This document shows, piece by piece, positions 12,703 to 25,900 of a DNA stretch of 64,000 bases. The first letter of the stretch is position 1. Each line of letters opens with the position of its first letter. The notes beneath the pieces were generated by a model. The model did not search any database and was not told the origin of the DNA. It was given only the letters and a program-made list of their open reading frames with translations. Location: contig JAQFVV010000010.1 in NCBI GenBank assembly GCA_028023455.1, positions 15,376,001 to 15,440,000 on the forward strand. Reading direction: 5' to 3'. The position numbers and the translations under genes are program-made. The DNA comes from Epiperipatus broadwayi. Taxonomy: Eukaryota > Animalia > Onychophora.

Positions 12703-12893
12703 ATTTACTAAGGCAATAAACCTAAAGCATGTGCAGTTGAAAATGCGAAGGTAGGGACCTCTACAGGTCTTAACCACAAGTTTACGCATTGGAATAAAAG
12801 TGGGGAATGCATAAACTTATGGTTAAGACCTGTAGAGGTTCCTACCTTCGCATTTTCAACTGCACATGCTTTAGGTTTATTGCCTTAGTAAAT
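12703..12893. repeat. Near-perfect 88-bp-arm palindrome (foldback/MITE-like)
   Basis: 12703-12790 vs 12806-12893 are reverse complements with ~4 mismatches and a 15-nt loop. Confidence 0.9.
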
Positions 12894-15141
12894 ATTACTT
12901 ACGTAATCAATGTGCGTTAAGTAAATTTATAATTATAACAAAAAAATATAATTAATACTTTGTTTTAATTAAATAATAATTATTTGGCAATAATTAATCT
13001 TTTTAGAGGTTTAACTTTCAAAATAATATTCAATATGCTTATGAATAATTAAAGTATTTTGAAGCAAATAATAATTTAAGTCATACCTAAAACTAGTTTT
13101 CCTGCTTAAGAATTGATGTATTGCAATTACTCCCATTATATATTTTTTAAATAGCTATTGTTAACTATCTTCCAGTTATCAACACAATTTAATTAACTGT
13201 CTCTATTACTATCAAGATTATTTGGCAAAATCATGATTATTTAAATTTTTATATTTAATCATCTATCATTAAATTTGCATATGTGTAATCCTATGTAACA
13301 CTCATATTATTACTAACCCTACATTCATAGAGGGCATAAATCCTAGATTTTATAACTATGTACAAATATATGTTTAAGTGGATGGAATCATCAATATTTG
13401 AATATGGTGCAATGTTCGTAACTAGGTTCTTTATAGAAACGCTTTAATAACTTGGAAATAGGAATTTCATGGGAATTACATCAAAAATGGCCAAATCTGC
13501 ACTCGTGGCTAGAAAATCTATGTTCACCCTATGACTTATCATTAGTGCTATGGGAATAAAACATAAAACTGAATACCCATGTGAACTAACAATCACATTT
13601 AGACAAGAAATCCTTAAGTTTAAAAACACTATAAGCACACCTAAGCAATGAACTACAAATATGAATATCATGGTACCTTTTATAATAACAACTGAAATAT
13701 TATTCAGAAATAAAATATAAAATTCCACCACATAAAAAAATAAATGCTTAATAGCAGGTCAATAATCACTTTAGCATAACTATAATGCACCAGCATAATC
13801 TAATTATAACTATAGCATACATATATAGCAATAAAACACACATAAATAAGTATTTAATAAAACAATTCATCATATAGCATATATAAAATTATGACTGCAC
13901 CAATAATCAATCCTAAAGAAACATCATTTATTCTGAAGCACATATTTCTTATAAATTTAAAGTGGCAATTAGCATGATATGAAAAATAATTTTTAGAAAA
14001 AACATACACCAGGTTATTTTACTTTTAAATTGTAAAATAATCCTACAACAATAAATAAACTACCTAAGCATATAAAAAATAATTATACTCATTATAATAT
14101 TCTATTAGCATATTAAAATAATGAAATTATCAAAAAAAAGTTATTGCTTAACAACATTTATCCAGCTACGGTCAGTTTTAATGTCAAAATAAATTTATTA
14201 TTTACCACTCCCTTAATATAACCAAAATATAGATAAATCTATCCAATACACTATATTATTTCATACAAACATATATAATACATTTTTGAAATAACTTTTA
14301 AATATATATATATATATATATATATTGTAAGGTGATGCCCAATCCTTATAAAAAAATAATAATAAGTAACTGATGTTTTGGAATAACATGTATAAAGATT
14401 AAATAGGCAGCCAACTTTTAAAACATAATTTTTTTAGATATTTGGAGACATACACACATATATATATACAAACATAACCATACATTTATAAAGGAATGAA
14501 CTAATTTATTTTTTTTATTAAATGTAGAATAAAATATATACATACACACATTTATACATGAATGTTTAGAATTTTAAATCATGACGTGACAAAAATAATA
14601 AAGAAAATATCTGACATTAAATTTTATTAACCAAGTTTATTTTGTTTAAAAGAGAGAAAAAAGAGTAAACCTTTGTTGATTTTGGAACGTGGAAAAAACT
14701 AAGCAACAGGAATTTTTAGTTGTTGGTTGGTTTTTGTTCAAATGAAGTACGTGAAAGTAAAGCTATAGAATAAGAATATTTTTAATTATCATTATATTTG
14801 TTATTATGATTTCATTTCATTATTAAAAAAAAATTGTGTAATATTTTGAATTACATTATTTATTAGTGTAAAATATTTTAAAGATGAAAAGAGACATTAT
14901 TTAAGTGATGAACTTTCGTTCGTTCAAATAAATTCTAATTCATATTTGTTTATCATCCTCGAAATATAATTATTATAAAATGGTTTTTTTTTAAGATAAA
15001 GCCAACTAATAATGAAATAGAATTTTATCAACACTAATTTATATTACTTTTAAAGTAAAATCTTTATCATGCGTCTCATATATATATATAAATAAAAACT
15101 GCATAGAAATAGTGTTCGTTTTTATATCATAACGCAAGCCT

Positions 15142-16733
15142 TGGAAAAAGATTTATATTTAACAATTTATACGTGTGTATATAAAATCTAATGATGCAAT
15201 TTTGCTAATTAAGTGTCACAGGATCTATCTCCTTGGTGTTATTGGAAGGTGATGGAGTATAATATTCATTGGTATGCCCAGTGTAAAAATCAGCAAGGAA
15301 TAATTTGGAGATAAATTGGAAAGGCTATGGCTACAAAATCAAAAGCCCAGGAATTCGATTTCGTCATGGGAATTGCTAAATGGTTAGAATTCTTAATAGG
15401 ATTCAATATGTATGAATAAATGAAAGACACTATCTGCTAAGAACACTGAAGCCACTATTGAAAATTTAACCTGCTATTGTTTTAAAGAAGTCCAAGATTT
15501 CAATTAATGCTTATAAATGTTTTAAATTTTGTATTTTTTTTTAGTGTATACTGAGAGTTGAGTTACAAGTTTTCTCATCCTGTTATTCATTTGCAGAAAA
15601 CATTTTTTTAAAAAAAAGAACCCATTTATTTAAATTCATATAAGGGAAAACATCTTTTTTTAAAAAAAAGAACCCATTTATTTAAATTCATATAAGGGAA
15701 GAGAGATACAAATAGACAACTCGGGGTATGCATAGATAATTTTTATTTATGTTTGTAAATAAAATATTAACATAGTTGGACACATTAAATGGACAATGAC
15801 TTAAAAGACAAAAGGTAAGATTTTACACATATACATATTAATTAGACTTACTAATAAGTAATTTTATATAAATACATTTTCATAAATATTACCAAAATTC
15901 TACTTTTCTTTATGTTTGCCGTAATATCCTATAAATATAATTTGTCCAAACTTCAAACACTTTTTAGCTAACTCTTTATTTTATTTTGTTCATTGTATAA
16001 TAGCTCTGAAGAAGACTGCAGGTCAGTCGAAACATAGGTGACTGTGAATGTACAAATAAATAGTTTGCTAAAAAGTGTTTGAAGTTTGGACAAATTATAA
16101 ATACATTTTCTTGTTTGCATGAATAACCGTTTATGAATGAACTATATCTACAAAACACAAATTAGCAATTCATGGATATAACCTTGACATACATTTAAAG
16201 AACATAAACAAAATGATAATAGTACATCTAGTAATATATGTTCATATTTAAAATAATTGATACTTTATTGTACATTATGCACTACAATTTTATAATTTTT
16301 ATTTCAATTGATATTTTAATATTTAAATCACAGCTTCTCTTATTGTAGTAAAGACAAATCAATATTTTATTATATACATGTATATGTTTTATTAATTTAT
16401 AAATATTATAAATTTAACCCCGATTTGTTAATAAATATTGGTTGTTTGAAGTTAAAATCTTTGTTTCTCTGGTCTCTAGATTATTAAGCATCATTCATAC
16501 TTCACTCACCAGAATAGCTATTATCCATGTATACAGATTTTTTAATATATTATTAGCAAGAGCCATTAAGGATCTATATTGAGGTCATATTATTGCCATC
16601 CTATTTAAATCCATCCTTGAGCAGAGTTAAAGGCAAATGTCTACACTGAGTTAGAACCCTGAGTCATAATAGGACCTGTAAGTAGAGAAGGCTCTGGATG
16701 TACCATCCTAAAGGGTCTTTCCGGTCCATTACA
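15142..16733 (+). repeat. 5' LTR of Ty3/Gypsy element (shared portion; true start may be TGTAAGG at 14326)
   Basis: High identity to 22623-22970 plus 24935-25900. Ends ...CCATTACA. ATAT lies before 14326 and after 25900, a possible 4-bp TSD. Confidence 0.85.
15882..16095 (+). mobile_element. Family A-related HHR mini-element inserted in the 5' LTR
   Basis: Absent from the 3' LTR. 15-bp TSD TATAAATACATTTTC (15867-15881, 16096-16110). CTGAAGA-A-GACT GCAGGTC AGTC-GAAAC lies inside a ~35-bp inverted repeat (~15940-15973 / 16061-16095). Confidence 0.8.
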
Positions 16734-16738
16734 TATTT

Positions 16739-16756
16739 TGGCACCCAATATGGGGC
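16739..16756 (+). promoter_or_regulatory. Primer binding site, tRNA-Lys(1,2)-type
   Basis: TGGCACCCAATATGGGGC just downstream of the LTR end; differs from TGGCGCCCAACGTGGGGC by 3 transition changes. Confidence 0.75.
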
Positions 16757-17689
16757 ATGAAAATTCAAGTTCATCACAGATACAAACTACATACTGTTAC
16801 ATTTTTGACACCATCAACAGTGAAGCCTGAATAATAGGTACACCAGCATATATTGACTTAATGAAAGTTGATTATCATGTTGCATTCATAATAGCCAATT
16901 ATTAAATTCATTCTAGTTTATTGTCTGTTACATTTTTGACATGCAATGTGGTAAGCTCGAGTACTTAGGTTCTGCATGTGAATAGTTATGTCTATTACAT
17001 TTTGATATACAATGTGTTGAGCTTTAAAGAGTTAAGTCTACCATATTTTACTATATATTTTTAGTGTGACATAAATTGAATTTATGAGAAATTGTCCATA
17101 ATTTCAGTATAACCTGATACATCATATTTTAGTTAATCACTTAATAGACTATATATTATATAACCCTATGGATTAAATGGTGTGGCAACTTAATGGTATA
17201 ATTAACTTAGTCAATCAACAATAAGTTCAAATAACTCTGAGTGAAAGTATGAATTGATAAATAGAGACCAAAACTAAATAGATGATCAAGAATCTAATAA
17301 GAGTAGGCAAGTGAGGCATATAAAGGGCAAAATATATAAAGCTGGCATTAATACCAATGATATGTAAAATACTTAAGGTAACCAAAATCACATGATATGA
17401 CACAAGTTGGTAGGAGAACCTATGACATATTATAAAGTATTCTATAGAAAAGAAATAACTTTGCATTCATAGAGTAAATATTTTAAAGAAAAATATTAGT
17501 TTATTTTGTATGTTGCTTAGAAGTGGGAGATATTTAGTAGATATGAATAAAGAGTTAAATGTAAAGCCACAGGATGTTAGTGGCAATGAAGTTGAGGGTG
17601 ATCCTGAGGTGGAACCAGTAGGGTCTGTAGACATATATGTGTCCAGGGGTAATGGTTGGAGTTGAGCATTCTTTATCAATGCAAGGGGA

Positions 17690-19260
17690 AAGGCAAATGA
17701 TATCTGAAATTCAAGGAGACTCAGGTGAACAGGCTATTCAATCACATGGAATTGGACTAACACTGGTACAGAAGATAAGGGAGCCATGATGCACATGTTC
17801 CAAATGTTATTGGACCAGATGGATAGCATGAGTGGTCAGATAGGTAGCATGAGTGGTCTTATGGATGACATGGTAACCAAGGCTGATATAAGCAACATAA
17901 GTGGGTGAATGGATGCTATGCAAGTTGATATGAATGGTCAGATGGATGCCATGAGTGGTCAAATAGATATAGTCAAGGCTGAAATAAGCAACTTGGTAAC
18001 CAAGGTTAATATTGACAAAATAGAAACTGGATTGAAAGAAAATATATGTGGTTTAAGAGAATATTTAAAGATATTGACAAATTGGATGAGGAGGTTAAGA
18101 AAAGAATTAGTGGCATTGAAATGAAATTTTCCACAGACATGTAACAGCTATCTTTGGAGATGGTTAAAATAAATAACAGTAAAATGGAATTGAGGCAAGA
18201 TGTAGAAGAGATGAGAATAGTGATAGATGTAGTGAACTTGCAGTGTCAAGAGTGATTTACTGGGTTTAAAGAAAGCATTACCACCCAAATTGATAACAAA
18301 ATTAAGGAGGTACACCAAGCCCAGGAATACACTAAAGAAGAAATGAGGCAGGGTCAAGAGAGACACAGGCAAGAAGTTCAAGAAGATTTGGAACTCTTAT
18401 GGATAGAATTAAACCAACCCCAGATTAAGGCAAGTGTGGAAAATGGGGTTCAAGAGAAAATGATGCAAGCCATGAATCATCACTTACAACAGTTGGACAT
18501 AAGACATCTTCTATGGAAATAGATGCTGTCTTATGCAAAACAACATTAGAAAAACTTGTGGAAAAAAGCACCAAAACACAGAGTCAAATTGACAGTTTTG
18601 ACAAGACCGTAAAGCAAGGGTCGTCGAGGGGCAAGTCCCAGATCAACTTAAAGACACCAATTCATCTGAAACCACTGTTAGGGAATGAAAAAAAGATCCA
18701 ACATGACCAAGAAGATTGGAACCATGATGAGGCACATTTGAAAGTAGCTTTTAGAGATTTACAAGCAGCATATGACTCATATGAAGAACCCACTTTTCAC
18801 TCTTATATGATGCCTGAAGCAGACGGCCTTCATGAATTTCATATAGATGAAGCACAACCAGATGAATATCAAGCTGAGATCGATCATCTCCTCATGAATC
18901 TACAAATAAATACACAAGAAAAACTCATGTAACCAGCGCACAGATAAATGCTATTAACCAATTTGTGAAACTGAAAGTTTTTAAAGGTTTCAATAATGAA
19001 GGCTCCAATTGAACATTTGAGAAGCTTAAAGCTTTATTTCATGGTGAATAGAAGTTTGTCTGAAAGTGAAAAAATTATAATCGCATATAGTCACCTCCAA
19101 GGTGATGCTTTAATGTGGTGGGAGTCATTATTTCAGCCCCCATCCATGTTTGATGATTACCAGACTCTATTGGTTAGAAATTTTTGGAATAGAGATAAAC
19201 AGGAAGCCATTCTGTACCAACCTTTCCAGGAAAAATATAGGTCTGCACCTGGGGAAACAC
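17690..19260 (+). pseudogene. gag: Degenerate gag region of Gypsy element
   Basis: Met-rich coiled-coil-like N-terminal region (ORF 17909-18124). ORF 18996-19601 begins with a retrotransposon capsid-like segment (HLQGDALMWW). Confidence 0.65.
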
Positions 19261-21990
19261 AAAGATTTTTAGGTGACAAGTTACCAAGTGCAGTAGAGTT
19301 ACGATCTATAATTAATCAGTTTAGCCTGATTTTTTTGGAGTTTCCAGCTGTTATAGCTGGGTTCCAACAGAAAATTAAATTAAAGGATGACCAACCCTTT
19401 CAATCCAGATCGTATCCTATTCTGTACCAATATCAGCAGGAAATATCCAAACAGATCAATAAAATGCTGGATTGGGGGATCATTTCCAAATGCTCTTCAC
19501 CTTACTGCAATCCAGTTGTAACTGTGAAGAAGAATGATGGGTCGATGAGATTTTGTTCCGCAGCTAACTGTTCCAGACAGAAATCTGCAATCCAGTTGTA
19601 ACTGTGAAGAAGAATGATGGGTCGATGAGATTTTGTTCGGCAGCTAAACAAAATTACTGTTCCAGACAGAAATATTCCACCACCCATTCATGAGTTGCTC
19701 GTGAGATTTGGAAACAAGAAGGTATTTTCTACCTTTGATCTAACTTCCAGCTATTGGCAGATCGAACTCCATCCTGATGATTGCCAGTATACTGTTTTTC
19801 AGTATGAGGGTTTTACCTATCAGTTCAATAGGATGCCATTTGGATTGATCACTAGTGGCGCTGGTCTGATTAGATGCATAGATAAGACCCTTTCTCCTGA
19901 GGTTAAGTGAATCGTAACCATTTATGTGGATGATGTGATTATCGCATCTTCCACCATTGAAGAACATCTTCAACAGCTCACCATATTTTTTCAGGAGTGC
20001 TTTCACAAAGGGATAAGAATCAACTACAAGAAAAGTATCCTAGTATCCGATCAGGTAGTCTTCCTAGGTCATATTGTAGGTTGTAATGGGATAGCACTTC
20101 ATCCAGACAAGATCTCTGCATTCAAAACTTTCCTAGGCCTATTAACAAAAAGCAAATTCAGTCATTCTTAGGTTTGTGTAATTTTTACCACCATTTCTAC
20201 AAAACATTTGCTGACCACATGGAACCTTTATTGAAACTAATCAGGAAAGAAGAGAAATGGAATTGGACCAAGGAATAGGAGAGGGCCTTTGAAAATATCA
20301 AAACAGGGTTTTTACAACAAATAATTTTGGTCTTCCCTGATTTTGATAAACTATTTGTCATTCAAATTGACAGTAGTGGTTTTGGGTTAGGGGTAACATT
20401 ATCCCAAATCCAGGAGGATGGTCAACCAGGTGTCCTCTGCTTTATCAGTAGACTCCTGAAAGGTCCAGAGTTGAATTATATGGTAACTGAGAAGGAGGCA
20501 CTAGCTATAGGGTGGGCCTTCCAGAAGTTCCGACAGATGTTTCTCGGATCTGAGGTGATAGTGGTTGCAGACCATAAATCCTCAAATTCTTGAACCACAG
20601 CTATTTGACCAACAGTTGCCTAGTTAGGTGGAGTCTGCTGTTGCAGGAATTTAATTATACTGTGAGGTATTGCAAAGGATCCGAGAACATAGTAGCTGAT
20701 ATATTTAGTCGGAATCCATGTCAGTCAGATCAAAATATCTATCTGTAGAAGATGCCTATATTACAAATGTCGACTTAATAATCGATAGTAATGTAGAGAA
20801 TAAATTGGTAAAGTTACCCAAATTACAATTTGAAGATCCAAATTTAAACTTAGTCATAAGAGCCCTAAAAGGAGAGGAAGTTTTGAATGTGCACAAGAAT
20901 TTTATACTTTATAAGATAGAAAATCAGGTCTTGTTCTATAAAATTTATACAAATACTGTAGAGTGGAGGGTAGTGATACCTACAATTTTACGCGTCCCAC
21001 TCATAAAGTACATTCACTGTTTGTATGGACACTACGGTGCCTGTAAAACAGAACATACTATAAAAACTTGGTTTTACTGGCCAGGTATGCATAAAGATAT
21101 CTTGAGAACACTCCAAGATTGTATAGTATGCCTAAAAGCTGAGACAGTGAACCAAAATTTTAGTGAGGCATTAAAATCTATAATTCCTGAGAGACCAAAT
21201 GAAACCTTGGAGATTGATTATTATGGACCATTACCTCCATTCAATAAACAAAGATATCTCTTGGTCGCCTATGATCCCTTTTCGAAATATGTCTCTGCTC
21301 ATCCTATACCCCAGGCTAATACCAAACACACAATCAGGGTATTAGACAATCTTCAATTTCCCAAAATAGGAAAGCCTAAAACTGTTTTGACATACCATGG
21401 AACACCTTTCCTATCTAAGGAATGGAAAAGTTGGGTGGAGAAATTACAAATTAAACACGTACTCACTTCCATTAGGAATCCATAGTCAAACCCTTGTGAA
21501 CGCGTAATGCAGGAGCTTGGCCATTTGTTCAGGACTTACCTAAACGATGCGCATAGGGAATGGGTGAAGCAGACAGAATGGGTAGTGAATTTCATTAATT
21601 GGGGTGCAAATGAATCTACTGGATTTGCACCAATCCAACTACATTTTAACCAACTTATTCCTTCATTATTTGTAAAATACCAGCCTCCAATTGAATGTCA
21701 TCACTATGACATAGAAACTAAAATTCAAATGGCTCGCCAACAGTTAATTAATAAATCTAATTTTAGAAATAAGAAGAGGAAGAAAAGTAGACATCACTTT
21801 AAGATTGGAGACAAGGTATTTGTGAGAACACATCACCCAAGTAAACCAATGGATAATGTTTATCATAAATTTTGTCAACAATATGCTGGACCATATGCTA
21901 TTGTGAAACAAGCTGGCCCAAATGCATTTTGGTTAAATGTTGATGGAGAAATAAAAGGAAGTTATAATGCTTGGATATTATAGCCATACA
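19260..21990 (+). pseudogene. pol: Degenerate Gypsy pol (RT - RNase H - integrase), frameshifted
   Basis: RT motifs FSTFDLTSSYWQI, RMPFGL, YVDD. RNase H segment DSSGFGLGVTLSQ...NYMVTEKEALA. Integrase HCLYGH...CIVC, IDYYGPLP, ERVMQEL. The RT-RH-IN order indicates Ty3/Gypsy. Confidence 0.93.
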
Positions 21991-22622
21991 GTGGTTGTCA
22001 AGAAGAACTGCCAAATACAGAAGCTCAGTTATTCATAAACAGATGATCATGATTAAAGTAGGTGAAAGAAGAGTTTATAAAAAAAATGTAAATGGGTATA
22101 TGCAAGTATATTGTAATGAGAAAGATAGCATTGTTCATGAGTAAATGGCTAGAGTAGGTAGATGTGATGAGGATGCACTCAAATTAATGTTGAAACATTT
22201 TATTGAGATATTTTAAAATCGGCTGAGATGTGGGAATTGACTCATACAATGTGGGTATCCCATATTTCATTCAGCTCTTATAAAAATCCAATAAAACTCC
22301 CTGGGAGCAGGATATAGGCTGATGAACCCAAATATGTGCCTTCTGGAACAGAGACACTTAACCAGTCAAATTCAGGATATTCAACCATCATATAGTCAGT
22401 AATTCTAGTAAAGATAATAAGAACAATGTTAATGGTGACAGCAATTCAATGTTAAGATGAAAGAGATAAGGGTAAGAATCTAACAAACATGAGATATATA
22501 TATATATAAATAAATAAATGTATATTACTGAGTAAATTAAAATAAGTATGAAAGCATTAGAATTCTCCCTATTTAAAAAGAATAAAATTATCCAACACGA
22601 TAATCATCCAAACCTTTGTTTA

Positions 22623-25600
22623 TGGAAAAAGATTTATATTTAACAATTTATATGTGTGTATATAAAATCTAATGATGCAATTTTGCTAATTAAGTGTCAT
22701 GGGATCTTTCTATCTTCTTGGTGTCAATGGCAGGTGATGAAGTATAATATTCATTGGTATGCCCAGTGTAAAAATCAATGAGGAATAATTTGGAGATAAA
22801 TTGGAAAGGCTATGGCTACAAAATCAAAAGCCCAGGAATTCGATTTTGTCGTGGGAATTGCTAAATGGTTAGAATTCTTAATAGGATTCAATATGTATGA
22901 ATAAATGAAAGACACTATCTGCTAAGAACACTGAAGCCACTCTTGAAAATTTAACTTGCTATTGTTTTAACTACTTCAGCTTCAAGCCGCCATATTGAAC
23001 TTTTTAAAATACTGGCCTGATACACAATTTTCACAATAACTTCAGTTTTAATTATGTTAGAGCAAAAACAATTACATTGCTAGAAACTAGAAAAACTAAG
23101 GAAAACAATAAGCATAAAATAAATAGTGATAACTATATAAAAAATAAGGAAAAAAAGAAATTTTCACAACCGAAATAATTATTATTTTATTGCTTGTTCA
23201 TAATTTGGAAATTAACATTAACTAAAATGCAAATTACATCTTCAGTGATAATTTCTTTGTATTCCTCACAAAAAAATCTTTCTAAAGATATATAATAAGT
23301 CTTACCTGAGATAATCCATAGCTTTACAATGTCTGAAAATGTTCCTATAAGAGTTCTTCATTTTTATCTTCTACCCCAACTGTTGCAAATTGTCAAGGCG
23401 CCTGGAAGAAAAGAGTTCTCCCTAATAAAAGATAAAAAATAAAAAAATTAAAATTCTAACAGAATATAAAAATAATGAAGGAAGTGGAAAATTATTACTT
23501 ACCATTATAAATACAATAAAAAATAAAATTCATCATCATCATCATAGTACAGGTATATTATATTATAAAAATGTGTATATTATGAATCATGAAAGTTTCT
23601 AATTTATGAAAACTCAAAAGCCTTTAAACAAGATGCACTATTTTCATTTTAGACTTTATAACAAACCTTTTATAACATCATCATCATACTGAATAATCAT
23701 CCAATACAGAAAACAATTTACAAATTTCTCATTTCAAGAGGCAGACAATGATTACTAAAAAGGTTCTATGCAGATATTTATATAAAAAAATGTTTATATT
23801 CTACCTCTTCCAAGATACTCTTCAGAAACATACCTTTCATATACTAATATAAATATCAAAATATTTCATCATGCAGATCTTTTTACCAATTGGAAAAAGT
23901 AATCAGTAATGAAGCTGAAACAAAGTCTAATAAGAAGGAATCAGCAGTCATATCCTATAAAGTATAAAATGAAGTTAGTAAAAAAACAAGTTAATAAAAC
24001 AACAAATAAAAACTAAATTAGTAAAACAAAAACAATGAAAACATGTTAGTAAAACAAAAATTAGTAAAAACAGAATAAAAAAAATTACTCATTATATACA
24101 ATCAATTTCTGAGAGGAATAAATTGTAAATAGTCTTGAATCAGTGTGTCAACCATTACATTTTTACTAAAACAAACCAACAAAAAAAACAATAACAAAAA
24201 ATTACCTTTCATAGTCTACCTATCACAGAGTAAAAAATCAGTCAGTCATTTTCAGTGGCATATTTATTAGTTTCTTCATAATAGTTGATAAAAGTTTTTT
24301 ACAAATAACATTAAAAAAAAAATCTAAAATTGAATACTTACCTACTATAGAAAACTTCAAACCTGGAGTTTTAGTAAAATTCTCTACATTCACAGGTTTG
24401 CAGGTTACGTTCGGACACAGATTACTGTTACTAGATGAAGGGCCTGGCCTATTGATATCGTTGGGAACACTTGTTGACGGGCCTGGTGTATTGATATCAT
24501 CCAGAAAAGCACTCGTAGTTTTTCTTTTGGCTGGTAAAGGAGTTTCTTCTTCTGATGGCGAAAAATATTCTTCAAGATCACAACAACTAACACTATCCTC
24601 GGAGTCAAAGGGCTTAGATGGGACAAATTCATCACCGCTGGAATAATCCGTATCAGAGGCCATCATGTCCCGTTCATTTATTTTGCGTACTTTTGTTTCC
24701 GCTAATCTAACAAATTGTGAAAAAAATTTTTTAAAAAATTGACCTTATTCGCAAAAAAATTAATAAAAATTTTATTTTTAACACAGAAAAATGGCGACAC
24801 CTACGAAAAGAGGAAAAACGCGAAGAGAATATGGTATAGGCGCATGCGTAGCCTATAGTTTTTCCGTAATTTTAAACAGAAACGAACCAACAAACGAACA
24901 TTAACCGCAACGCGCCGACAAACCGAAGAGTTAAAGAAGTCCAAGATTTCAATTAATGCTTATAAATGTTTTAAATTTTGTATTTTTTTTTTTAGTGTAT
25001 ACTGAGAGTTGAGTTACAAGTTTTCTCACCCTGTTATTCATTCGCAGAAAACATTTTTTTTTTAAAAAAAGAACCCATTTATTTAAATTTATATAACGGA
25101 AGAGAGATACAAATACACAACTCTAGGGATGCATAGAAAATTTTTTTGTTTGTAAATAAAATATTAACATAATTGGACGCATTAAATGGACAATGACTTA
25201 GAAGACAAAAGGTAAGATTTTACACATATACATATTAATTGGACTTACTAATAAGTAATTTTATATAAATACATTTTCTTGTTTGCATGAATAACCATTT
25301 ATGAATGAACTATATCTACAAAACACAAATTAGCAATTCATGGATATAACCTTGAAATACATTTAAAGGACATAAACAAAATGATAATTGTACATCTATT
25401 AATATAATTTCATATTTAAAATAATTGATACTTTATTGTATATTATGCACTATAATTTTATAATTTTTATTTCAATTGATATTTTAATATTTAAATCACA
25501 GCTAGTCTTATTGTAGTAAAGACAAATCAATATTTTATTATATCCATGTATATATTTTATTAATTTATAAATATTATAAATTTAACCCCGATTTGTTAAT

Positions 25601-25900
25601 AAATATTTGTTGTTTGAAGTTAAAATCTTTGTTTCTCTGGTCTCTAGATTATTAAGCATCATTCATACTTCACTCACCAGAATAGCTATTATACATGTAT
25701 ACAGATTTTTAATATATTATTAGCAATAGCCATTAAGGATCTATATAGAGGTCATATTATTGCCATCCTATTTAAATCCATCCTTGAGTAGAGTTAAAGG
25801 CAAATGTCTACACTGAGTTAGAACCCCAAGTCATAATAGGACCTGTAAGTAGAGAAGGCTCTGGGTGTACCATCTTAAAGGGTTTTTCCGGTCCATTACA
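22623..25900 (+). repeat. 3' LTR of Gypsy element, interrupted by a piggyBac-like insertion
   Basis: Matches the 5' LTR on both sides of 22971-24930. Ends ...CCATTACA at 25900. Confidence 0.85.
22971..24930 (-). mobile_element. piggyBac-like element (deleted/degenerate transposase)
   Basis: TTAA duplicated at 22967-22970 and 24931-24934 where the 5' LTR has one TTAA. Imperfect CT(A)CTTC.G.. termini. Minus ORF 24238-24666 has an acidic N-terminus, then DFF...(frameshift)EETNKYA, typical of PGBD/DDE_Tnp_1_7. Confidence 0.8.

Noticed and set aside
13444-13731. Hydrophobic 95-aa ORF (receptor-like?)
   Set aside because: Hydrophobicity is expected from AT-rich codons (F, I, L); no family motif.
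14326-15141. Inclusion of this segment in the Gypsy 5' LTR
   Set aside because: TGTAAGG start and ATAT TSD are suggestive, but the segment has no counterpart before the 3' LTR, so the boundary is left unresolved.
24398-24646. Plus-strand ORF overlapping the piggyBac N-terminus
   Set aside because: Antisense shadow of a GC-richer coding segment.
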